Source of the DNA: Chthoniobacterales bacterium
Lineage (GTDB): Bacteria; Verrucomicrobiota; Verrucomicrobiia; Chthoniobacterales; Chthoniobacteraceae
Reading direction: 5' to 3'
Length of the DNA stretch: 64,000 nt
Assembly: GCA_038207335.1 (NCBI GenBank)
Contig: JBBQZX010000016.1
Location: forward strand, 32,001-96,000
Made by a program: the position numbers and the translations under genes. Below, piece after piece: positions 15,001-27,000 of the stretch; within the stretch, counting starts at the first letter, position 1; each line of letters starts with the position of its first letter. Below the pieces are notes generated by a model. The model was not told the origin of the DNA. It ran no database searches and saw nothing but the letters and a program-made list of their open reading frames with translations.

Positions 15001-18000
15001 AAAATGGTCGCGCCGGTCGTGCTGTCGGTGAGGAAAAGTTTCGAGTTCTCGAGCCGCGCGAAGTTCGTCCCGGCGGCGGCATTAATCTTCTTAACCACGT
15101 CGTCGAGCGAGGTCGAGCCGCCGATGCTCACGTCGAAAGTCGTCCCGTCGCGCCGCGTCACCCGGAAGTGCGCGTCGTTCTTTTGCGTCGCCGCAAAGCC
15201 CGCGAGCGTGGACGCCGTGAGCGAGAGCGAGAGCACGGTCGGGTCGATGATTGTGAGCCGCAGGAACGTCCCGGAAATATCCGCGCGCACTTTGCCCGCG
15301 AGCCCAGCGACGGCGAGCGCGTCGTTGACATCCGCCGCGAAATCCGCGCGCGACGCGTTCGTGCTCGTGTTCGCCGACGGCACGGTGACGGTCGCCGTCG
15401 AGCCTCCCGCGTTCACGCCGAAGCTCACGGCGCTCGCAAAATTCCCATCGGCCGGGATCGCCACCGTGCCGGTGAGCGTGAGTTCGATCGGGATGCCCGC
15501 ACCGCCGCGCAGCGTGCTCAGCAGCGTGCCACCGCTCAGTTTGCTCACCACAAAATCTTCCTTCACCGGCAGCGCCGTGTTGTTCAGCGACACCTTGAAA
15601 GTGCCCGCGAGCGTGACGCCGGGGATGTTCACATTCACCGTGCCGCCGAGTTGTCCCGCCAGCCCGCCAGTGGTCAGCAACAGCGATGCCTGACCGTTTG
15701 TGAGGCTGAGGAAATCGGTCGTTCCGTCCCCGAGCCGCACGACGACTTTGTTCGCGACGACGCGGATGACTTTGTCCGTCGTCCCCTGCTTTGTCGTCTG
15801 CTCGAAAGCGAAGTCGCCGCTGATCGTCTGCCCGCCAACCGACAGCGTCAGCCCGGTGCCCTCGAAGCGGACGTACGGCCCGGCGACGAGTGACAGAGTG
15901 TGCTGCACCCCGGCTATGGTGAACTGTTCGTTGATCGCGCTGGTCGCGTTGTTGATCAAAAGTTTCAACGTGCCACTGAAGCCGATGATCGGCACCGCGA
16001 CCGTGCCGCTGATTTCGCCCGCGAGCCCGGCGGCTTTCACGACGAAGTAGCCGCTTCCACCGTTCAGCACGACAAGGTCAGTCGTGCCGGCGGTCAGCGC
16101 GAAATGCAGGTTCGTCACCGCGATCCGCACGACTTTTGTCGCAGGCACGCCGGGCGCGGCGGCTTGCGTGTATTGTTCGAAGGCGAAGTTCCCGGAGAGC
16201 TGCTGACCCGCGATATTCAGGGTGACCGGCGCGCCTTCGACTTTGAGATACGGCCCGGCGGGGAGGTTGATCGCGATCGTTTGGAAAGCGCTCAGCAGCA
16301 GGCCGCGGAGCGTGTCCTGCGTGTGGGTCGTGTTGTCGTCGCCGGTGCGGAGGAGACCGAGTTGCTGTGCCGCGAGCGAGGCACCCTGCTGCTCGACTTT
16401 CAGGCGGTTCGAGGCGGCCTGCGCGGAGGTATCGACGAGCTTGATGCTCCGGCCTTCGAGCGAAGCGACGGGCGCGCCTGCGGTCGCGTTGATCTTGGAA
16501 ATCACGTCCGCCAGCGTCAGCGCGCCGGTGAGATCGACGGTAATCGAAACTCCCGCGCGATTCGTGATTTTCAACTGCGGCCCGGTGCCGAGCGTGACGC
16601 CGAGCGCGGTGAGCGTCGTGGTCGGTTCGACCACTGGCACGTTCACCGACTGCACGACGGCGTTCGGCGTGTTGTTGATGTTCAGCGTGAAGGCACCAGT
16701 GAAAGTGACCGCGCCGGGAACGTTCAACGCGATATCCGCGGAGACACTGCCGAGGAGCCCCGTCGGTCCGATGATGAACGCGCCGCGACCGTTGTTCACG
16801 CTCAAAAATTCGGTCGTCCCGTCGCCGAGTCCGAGATGCACGTTCGCCGCGCCGGCCTTGATCTGGCGGATGTCGTCCGCAGTGTCCGGCAGGCCATCCG
16901 GCCCGGGTAACTTGCTGATGTCGAAGCTGAAATTGCCGGTAAGCGTCTGGCCCGCGACGCCGAGCGTGAGCGCGCCGGAGACGCCGACCGCGTCCGCCGG
17001 GATCGTGATCGACTGGCCGTCGAGCGTGAGCGTAGCGATCGTCGCAGTGCCCGCCGTGCCGGCGGCCGTGCGCGTGTTGTTGAAGACCACCGAGACGAGG
17101 CCGGAGAGCGTGAGGTCGGGAATCCCAACGACCGAAACGGTGCCTTCCGCGTAGAGCGCGAATTGTCCGAACCCGTTCCTTTGATACACGAACCGCGCGT
17201 TCGAGATAAGCAGCCCCTTCGCCGCCGGGTTCGCCTCTTCGCCGTCGAGCGTGGCCGGGCCCTGGCCGAGGAAAATGCGGACGCCCATGCCGGACCCGCT
17301 GTTCGGGTCAAAGGTAATCGTCTTGCTCTCGATCGTGACGAACCCGCCGATGTTGATGATGAAGTTGCCGATCGTGAATTTGATCGTCGGGCTGGCCAGC
17401 AGCTTGATCGGGAAGACCTGGCCGTTGAAGGCGATCGCGTCATCAATATCGACGCCGGTTGTGTTCACGCTCACCGCGACGGTGCCGCCCGCGCTCACGC
17501 CGGAGCCGCCGCCGACGCTCAGGTCGATCTCGCCGTTGAAAATGCCCGCGAATCCGGTGCTCGTCAGCAGCGCCGCACCGGAGCCGTTTTTAATCCCCTG
17601 CCCGTTGAAGCTCAGCTCGAGATTCGCGATCGCGAACCGGCTGACTTTGACGCCGTTCGAGTAAAGTTTCACGCCCTCGCCGTTGTTGCCCACGAGCAGG
17701 TCGAGGTCGCCATCGCGGTCGATGTCGGCGAGCAGCAGGCCGGTCGTGTGATCGGTCGCGAGGCCAATCAGCATCGCGTTCACGCCGCCGAACGGGTCCG
17801 CCGCATCGCCTTTGTTCAGGAAGAGCCGGCTCTGCGCAAGGTTCCCGCCGAGCACGACATCGACGCGCCCGTCGCCGTTCGCATCACCGACCGCAATCGC
17901 GCGCACCGCGAACGGCGCACTGCCGATACTCACCGCGGTCGCGAACGGAATCGCGCCGCCGCTGTTGATGTAGAGGACGTTTTGCTGGCCGTCTTTCCCG

Positions 18001-21000
18001 ACGACGAGGTCGAGTTTACCGTCGCCATTCACGTCGCCGAGCGCGATGGCGGTGGTCGCGGTGTTCCCATTCGCGCTGTCGATCACGAGGCTCTTCACCG
18101 GATCGAACAGCGTGTCCTGCACCGTGTTGAAAAGGGCGAGGGTTTCGCTGCTGATCGCGAGCGCGAAGACGCCGCCGACATCGCTCGCGCGCAGCCGCAG
18201 CTTGTTGCCGATGAGTTCCGCGACCAGTCCGGAGCCGGTCAGTTGGCTGTTGAGATCGATGACGAAATCCGCGGGCGCGGCGTTGTTGCCCTGCAAAGCG
18301 ACGCTCACCGTCGCGCTGCCGGACGTGGTTCCGTTCGTCGTGAAATTCACAGTGAATGCCGCGCCGAGTTGGCCATTCGCCGGGAGATCGACGATCGAGG
18401 TGAAGCCCGGCAGCGACACTCCCGACGAGGCAAAGACCGGCAGCGCCCCGCCGCCGAAGGTCACGGAAATCACCGCTGGATCGCTCACGCCGTGCGCTTT
18501 GCCGCCCGCCAGCGTGACATTGAATTGCGCCGCCGGGATGCCCGCCGCGACGAGCGCGCCGTTGATGTCGTTGACGAGATTCTGCCGCGCGACGCTCGCC
18601 ACCGGGTCCGCATTGTCGGCCTGCGCCGCGGCGGTGACCGTCACGGTCTTGGTCGTGCCGCCGCTCAGCAGGATGGTGAAAGTGAGGTCCGCGCCGAAGC
18701 TGCCATTCGCGGGAAGATCGGTGCCGCTGAAGAATTCCGGAGACTTGGTGAACGTGCTCGCCGTCGGTCCGAAGATCGCGAGCGACTGACCCGAAAGCGA
18801 AATCGACGTGACCGCCGGATCGATCGCGCGGAGTTGCAGGCGGTTCTCGATGACGCCCGGCGAAACGGTCACGGCGACCGATTCCGCGGTGACTTTCGTG
18901 CCGATCGTCGCAGCGGTCAGCCCGGCGTTGATGTCCGCGAGAAGGTCGGTCGCGCTCGTGTTGTTCGCCTGCGCGGCGGCGGTGACCGTCACCACGTTGC
19001 CGGTCGCCGAGCCGTTGAGTTTCAGCGTGAAAGTCAGGTCGCCGAGGAACTGGCCATTCGCCGGTGCGTCCGCCGTCGCGGTGAGTGCGGTTCGCGATGT
19101 GAGGCTGTCGGCGGTCAAGTTGAAGAACGCCTGCGACTGCGATGCGACCGTGAACGTCGTGATCGCCGGATCGATCACCGTGAGGCGCACGCGGTTGCCG
19201 TCCTGCTGCGCGAGGACTTTCGCGCTAAGGAAGCCGCCGCTTCCGGTCGGCGTGCCGGCGAGTGCGGCGTTGATGTCCGCGACGAGTTCCGCGATCGAAT
19301 TGTTGTTGTCCAGCGTCGCAGCCGGGATCGCCACGTCGGTCGGCGAGGTCGTTCCGTTCAGCGTCAGACGGAAGTTGAAGAACGTCCCGAGACGGCCATT
19401 CGCCGGCGCGTCCTCTGCGGAGGAAATGCTCGGACCGGCGACGATCGTCGCGTTCATCGCACCGAAGACCGCGATGGTCTGCGCGGAAATCGCAATCGAA
19501 ACGACCGTCGGATCGCTCGTCGTCAGCGTGAGTTTCGTCCCGGACAGACCGGCGAAGAGCTTCGTCCCAAGCCCGGCGGTGCCGAGCGCGGCGTTGATGT
19601 TGCCGACAAGATTCGCCGCCGTCGTGTTGGTCGATTGTGCGGCGGCGGAGACGGTGACCGGCACCGCGGCGGCGCCGTTGATCGACACGCTGAATTTGAA
19701 ATCCGTAAGGAATTTACCGTTCAGCGGCAGCGCGCCGGTGCTCGTGAAGGTGAGGCTCACCGGGTCGAACAGCGTCAGCGTTTGATTCACGATGACCAAC
19801 GCCGTGACGGTCGCGTCGAGGATGCGAAACGTGATCTTGCCCGCGTCCGTGCCGATCGTGACGGGCTCGGCGGTCAGCTTCGTGGCGAGTCCGGCGGCGG
19901 CGAGCGCGTCGTTGAAGTCGGAGACGAGCCGCGCGCGCGCCGTGACCGCATCGAACGTCGTGCTCGCGTCGCCGGCGTTGTCCGCCTGCGCCGCCGCCGT
20001 GATCGTGACGACCGTCGGTGTCGCCGCGCCGTTGAGCTTCACGCCAAAGGTGAACGTGCCGCCGAGTTGTCCGCTCGCCGGCGCAACCAGCGTCGTCGTG
20101 TATTTCGCGCCGCCGAGCAGCGAGTCGGCGTTCTCGGCGAAGAGCACGCCGGTCTGCGCCGAGACCTCGACTTTGAATACGGTCTTGTCCACCGCGCGCA
20201 GGACGATGTTCCCGCCGTCGAGCGAAGCGGCGAGCTTCGTGCCGAGCCCGACGCTGGTCAGTGCGGCGGTGAAGTCTTCCACGAGATTTTGCGCCGTCGT
20301 GTTGTCCGCCTGCGCCGCAGCGGTGATGACGAACGACGTGCCGGCTGCCGCGCCGTTGAGCTTCACCGTAACGCGGAACTCGAGGCCGATGCCGCCGATT
20401 TTGCCGTTGGCCGGAGCCACGCCGAGTGAGCGGATGGTCACGCCGTTGTTCACGACGATGAGGTTCGAGAAGCCGTTGTTGCCGATGACGATGTCAGCGC
20501 GTCCGTCGCCGTTCACGTCGCCGACCGCGACCGCCGTGCTGTTCGGCGTGCCGGTCGTCAGCGGTAGCCCGGCGGCGAAGCTTAGGACGAAGAGTTTCGT
20601 CGTTGCATCGACCGCGCCGGTGTTGAGGTAAGCGAGGCTTGGACGGCCACTGTTCACGATGACGATGTCGCGGATGCCGTTGCCGTCGAGATCCGCAATC
20701 GCTACGCCGGTCGTTGCTTTCGTTGCGTCGCCCGCCGCGCCCGGATCGAGCGCGGTGCCGGCATCGAAGCTCAGCGTGAAGATGCCGGACGCGTTCTTCG
20801 TGCCGGTGTTGAGGAAGACGAGATTCGCCGCGTTGTTGCGACCGACCACGATGTCGGGCTTGCCGTCGTTGTTCACGTCGCCAACCGCGACCGCGACGGC
20901 GTTGGAATTCGCCGGCAGCGCAATCGGCGCGGCGCTGAATGGCGTCGCGGTGCCGGTATTCAAATAGACGAGCAGCGGCTGCCCCGCGCGCGCCACGACG

Positions 21001-24000
21001 AGGTCGGCACGTCCGTCGCCATTCAGGTCGGCGGTCGTGATCGCCGTCACCGGAGCGGTCGCGGTCCCGATCGGCAATGCGCCGGCGAACTCATTCCGCT
21101 GGCCCTGCTCAAAGAAGAAGTCGCCGCGAATCACCTCACCGCTCACCGATGTGATGTCGATCGAAGCACCGATCACCGAGACGCGCACGAACGGCCCGGC
21201 AGGCAGGTCGAGTGTCTCCGTCACCGCCGGTGTGCCGAACGTGAACGACTCTTTCACGATCGACGCCTGCGTGTTGATCTGCACCGAGAAGACCGACGCC
21301 GTGACGTTGATCCCCGGCAGCGTGAACGCGATTCCCGGCCCCGCATTCGGCCCGGTCAGCACGGGATCGATCGTGAGGCTCGCAGCGATGCCGAGGTTGT
21401 TCACGAGGATCGAGCCGTGCCCATTCCGCACCTCGACGTAAGGCGCGCCCGCCGGCCCGATGCTCAGCGTGAGCGCGGAAATTCCAACGCGCACGACTTT
21501 CTGGTCGTCGGCGGTGCCCGCGATGTTGTCCGCGCCGCGCGTCTTGATTTGCTCGATCGCGAAAGTGCCGCCGAGCTGCTGGCCGAGCACGTTGAGCTTC
21601 GCGTCGTTCGCGGTGACGCGTAGGAACTGCCCGACCGTCGGGATGTCCAGCGTCCGCGATTCGGTGCCCGTCGGCGTGTTCACGGTGAATGTTTCGTTCA
21701 CCGCGGCGTCGAGCGTTTTCACCTGAACCGAGAAGCTCGCGTCGAACGTGACGCCCGGAATGTTCACCGCGACCGTCGCGCTGAGTTGACCCGCGAGCCC
21801 CTTCACCTGGCTCGCTCCGGTACCGCTCGTTTTCAAGATGAAGTCGCCGCTGCCGTTCGTGACGCTCACGAAATCGTTGGTCCCGTCGCCGAGGCCGAAG
21901 CTGACGTTCGCGAGCGAGATGCGGACGACTTTCGAAGCCGGGCCGGTCGCCGGAGTCGAGGTGAGCTGCTCGAATGCGAAATCGCCTGAGAGCGTGACGC
22001 CGGAAACGCCGAGCTTCAGCCCGGTGCCCGCGAGTCGCACGTAGCTGCCCGCCGGGAGATCGATGGTCGTCGCCGTGCCGCCGACCGTGAAGGTTTCCGT
22101 GACCGCGACGGGCAGCGTGTTCACTTTCAGCGAAAGCGTTCCGCTCAACGTGACCCCCGGGACATTCAGCGCGACTGTGCCGCTGAGCGTGCCCGCGATG
22201 CCGGCAGGGACCGCCGGATCGGGCGCAGCCGCCGCGACCGCCGGACGCAGCACGAAATATCCGGTGCCGCCGGTGACGCTGAGGAAGGTGTTCGTGCCGT
22301 CACCGAGCGAGAGGGCGACGTTACTGAAGGCGATACGCACGAGCTTCGTCGCGGTCGGCCCCGTGCCGCGCGTGAACTGCTCGAAGGAGAAGTTGCCCGT
22401 CAGCGACTGGCCCGCGATGCCGAGCACAACATTGCTCCCCGCGACGCGGAGATACGGCCCGGCGGGCAGGTCGAGCGCGAGCGTCGAAGTCCCGATGCTG
22501 ACGCTGTCTTTTACTGACGCGCTCGTGTTGTTGACCTCGATCGAAAACGCGCCACTGAACGTCACGTCCGGCACGTTGAGCGCGACGCTCGCGCTGATTT
22601 TCCCGGCGAGCCCGGCGGGCGTAAGGAGGAAGAATCCGGTCGCTTGCGAGACGCTGACGAGCGGCGCGGTGTCGGTGCCGCCGAGTTTCAGCGTGCCATT
22701 CGTGACCGAGACGCGCACCGCTTTGCTGCCGTCGGCGCGCGTCGATTGCTCGAGCACGAAATTCGCGCTGATCGTCTGGCCGAGGATGCTCAGCGTGCCC
22801 GGCGTAGTGTCGTCGCCGATTTCGATGCGGAGATACGGACCGGCGGGCAGGTTGAGCGTCGCGGCGGGATTCGTGAACGTCTGGCTCACCGCGGCGAGCG
22901 TGTTGTTTACGCGGACTTTGATCGTGCTTGAGAAAACGACGCCCGGCACGTTGACCGCGAGCACGCCGGAGATGTCGCCCGCGAGTCCCGCCGGAGTGAT
23001 GAGGAACGTCGCCGCGCCGCCGGTCACGCTGACCGCGCCCGCGCCAAGATTGAGCGCGACGTTGTCCGCGGTGACGCGGATGCGCTTGGCCCCGGCGACC
23101 GTCTTCTGCTCGAACGCGAAGTTGCCGCTCAACGTCTGGCCGAGCAAGCCCACGCTCACGCCCGTCCCGCTGACTTTGAGATACGGACCGGCATCGACTT
23201 TCAACGAAACCGGCGCGACGCCAACGAGGAACGTCTCGTCGATCGCGCTGCCGGTATTGTTCAAGACGACGCTGAAAGTGCCGCCGAGCGTGACCGATGG
23301 GACGTTGAGTTTGATCGTCGCGGTGAAGGTGCCCGCGAATCCGCCGGGGACCATGCCGACGGTCGGTGTGACGAGGAAGAAGCCGCTGCCGCCGCTGACT
23401 TCGAGCACCGGGCTGGCGGCGTCGCCGAGCGCGAGGCGGATGTTCGCGAGGCCGATGCGGACGCGGCTCTCGGTTGTGCCGGCTTTGGTCACGCGCTCGA
23501 ACGCGAAGTCGCCGCTGAGCGTAATGCCCTGCACGTCGAGTTCGACGCCGGTGCCTTCGATACGGAGATACGGTCCGGCGGGCAGGTCGAGCGCGACCGT
23601 GCGGTTTCCGACCGCAAACGTCTCGGTGACTGCTGCGGTCCCGCTGTTGATCGCGAGCGAGAAGTTGCCGCGGAAGCCGAGCCCAAGCGATGGGTCGATC
23701 GTCACCGTGCCGCTCACTCGACCCGCGAAACCCGTCGCTTTGACCGCGAAAATCCCCTCACCGTTCGTGAGGCTGATCACCGTTTGCGTGCCGGTCTTGA
23801 TCGCGACGGTGACGTTGGTCAGCGCGAGGCGTACGACCTTGTTGCCAGTCAGCGCGGAGCCGGTTTGCTCGAACGCGAAATTGCCGGCGAGCGACTGGCC
23901 CGCGATGGCGATAGTGACGTAATCGCCGCTCACGCGCAGGAACGGCCCGGCGGGCACGTCGAGCGTGATCTTGGTCGCGCCGACAAAGAAGTCGGTCTTC

Positions 24001-27000
24001 ACCGGCGCGGTCGTCGTATTCACCGCGAGCGAGAGCGTGCCGGCGCTCAGCGTGAAGCCGGGAATGTTCGTCGTGACGGTCGCGGCGAACGAGCCCGCGA
24101 CGCCCGCCGGAGTCAGCAACAGCGAGCCGCTCCCATTCGTCACGCTCAGGAAATCGGTCGTCCCGTCACCGAGGCCGATGCTGACGTTCGTCGCCGAGAT
24201 GCGAAGCGAACCTGCCGCCGCACCGCCGGTCACTTTGTCGAACGTGAAGTTGCCGTGCAGCTTCTGCCCGACGATTTGCAGGTCGGTGTTCAGCGCCTGG
24301 AACGACGTGAGATTTTTCTGCTGGTCGCTGAAGTCGAGCGCGATGCTGTCGGCGGTGTTCGGAATGGTCAGCGTCTCGTGAATTTCGAGGCCGGTGGTGT
24401 TGACGAGCACGGTCGCCTGACTGCTCAGGACGATGCCGCTGAGGCCGAGCACCTGCACGTTGCCGGTCGCGAAGAAAGCGACGGTGCCGTTCGGGTATTT
24501 GATGAGGCCGACGCGCGCTTCGGTGAGCAGCAAACCGGTCGCCGACGGGTTGATTTCACCATTCGCGAGGCGGCCCGGACCCTGGCCGAGGAAAACCGCG
24601 AGGTTCGTCCCGGCGAAGGTCAGTTTGCCGCCGACATTCGCGAACGAAACGCTGCCCTCGATCGTCACGAAATTGCCGATGTTCAGCGTCAAATCCTCGG
24701 CGAAGAACGCAAACAGGTCGCCTTCACCGGCGGTGAACTTCACGGCGATCGTGCGGCCGTTGATGTCGATCGTTTCATCGACCGCGCCGCCGCTCTTGTT
24801 CACGCGGAAGCCCGCGCGCCCGCCGAGACTCGCGCCGCCTGCGGCGATGGCGATGTCGCCGCTGATGATTCCCGCGACGCCCGTCGGCGTGATGACGAAC
24901 GCGCCGTCGGCGTTCTTGATCCCCTGCCCGCCGAAGCTGACCTCGACATTCGCGAGCGCGATGCGCGTGACTTTTGTGCCGTTGGCCCGCGTGCTCTGGT
25001 CGAACGCGAAGTCGCCGTGCAGCAGCACGCCGCCGACGATGAGGTTGGTATTATAAACCGCGACGCGGACATACGGACCGGCGGGCAGGTCGAGTGAGAT
25101 CGTCGCGCCTGCGACCGTGAAGCTTTCCTTCACGGCAGCGGTTGTGTTGTTGACTTGGATCGAAACGTCGCCGGTGAGTTGCACGCCGGGGATGTTGAAC
25201 GCCGTAGAAACGCTGAGGCTGCCCGCGACTCCGGCCGGAGTGATGAGGAAGGCACCCGTGCCGTTGGTCAGCGAAACGAAGTCGGTCGTGCCGTCGCCGA
25301 GTTTCAGCGAGACGCCGCTGATCGCGATGCGAACGACCTTCGCGCCGGCGAGCGTCATCGATTGCTGGAGCACGAAATTGCCCGCGAGCGTTTGTCCTGC
25401 GACGGTCAGCGCAACGCCCGTGCCGCTGACGCGCAGGAACGGCCCGGCGGGCAGCTTCAGCGCAACCGTCGCTGCGCCGACCACGAAGCTCTCATCGATC
25501 CCGGCGGTCGTATTGTTCAGCTCGGCGGTGAAATTTCCAGCGAATGAAACGCCCGGCAGATTCACCGCGACGCTGCCGGTGAAGGAGCCCGCGATGCCCG
25601 CCGCCGTGACGACGAAGTAAGCCGATGCGCCGCAGACGACGACGAGTTCGTTGGTCCCGTCGCCGAGCGCGAGCCGCGCATTCGCGATGGCCACGCGCAA
25701 TTTCGTTTCGCCGCGCGTGTTCGTCGCGCGCTCGATCGCGAAGTCGCCGGTGATGCTTTGGCCGAGCACATTCACGCCCACGCCCGTGCCCGCGATGCGG
25801 ACGAACGGACCGGCGGGCAGGACAATCGAGACGCTCGCGCCGCCGACCATCAGTGTCTCGTTGACGGCCGCGTTCGTGTTGTTGATTTGCAGCGAAAGCG
25901 CGCCGCTCAGCGTGACGCCCGGAATGCTCGTGAGGATGTTCGCGCTGAAGCTGCCCGCGATGCCCGTGGTCGTGACGAGCAGGCTGCCGGTGCCGTTCGT
26001 GAGGCTGACGAGGTCGGTCGTGCCGTCGCCGAGTTTCAGCGTCACGTTGTTCGCCCCGAGACGGACGGTGGAACCGAAGCCGACGCGCGTGACTTTCTCG
26101 AACGCGAAATCGCCGCCGAGCGTCTGGCCCGCCACCGTCAATTTTGCACCGATCGCATCGACGCGAACATACGGCCCGGCGGGCAGGTCGAGCGTCGTGG
26201 TCGTGCCGCCGACCATGAACGTCTGCATCACCGCGGCGGTCGTGTTGTTGACGGCGATGCCGAACGCGCCGGTGAAGCTGACGCCCGGGATGTTCAGGGC
26301 CACGTCGGCGTCGAGGCGACCGGCGACCCCGGCGGTGATGACGAGGAAGCTGCCGCGGCCATTTGTGACGCTGACGAAATCAGTGGTGCCGTCGCCGAGT
26401 TTCAGGGTGACGCCGCTCGCCGCGACGCGCGTGATTTTCGTGCCGCCCGTCTGCGCGATTTGCTCGAGCGCGAAGCTGCCCGAGAGCGTCTGGCCCGCGA
26501 CGGCGAGCGTGACGTTGTCGGCCTTCACGCTGAGGAACGGCCCGGCGGGCAGCTTCAGCGCGATCGTGTCCGCGCCGATCGTAAACGTCTTGTCCACCGC
26601 GCTCGTCGTGCCATTCACGGCGATCGAGAAGGTTCCGGTGAACTGCACGCCCGGAACGTTCAGCGTGACCTGCGCGTTACTCAGCGAACCCGCGGCACCC
26701 GTCGAAGTCAGCAGCAGCGCGCCCTCCGCGCCGGTGACGTTGACGAGGCTCGTCGCGCCGTCGCCGAGGCTCAGGCTCACATTTTTCGCAGCGACGCTGA
26801 TGACTTGCGCGCCCGCGACCACTTGCTTGTTGAAGGCGAAGTCGCCCGTGAGCGTCTGGCCGACAACCGACAATTTGAGCTGTGTCGCCTCGAACGTCGT
26901 AACGAGCGCGGTCGTGTCGAACTTCACGAGGATGTCGTGCGCGGTGTTCGGAATCGTCAGCGTCTCGTTCACGATTTGCCCCGCGTTGTTGAAGCGCACG

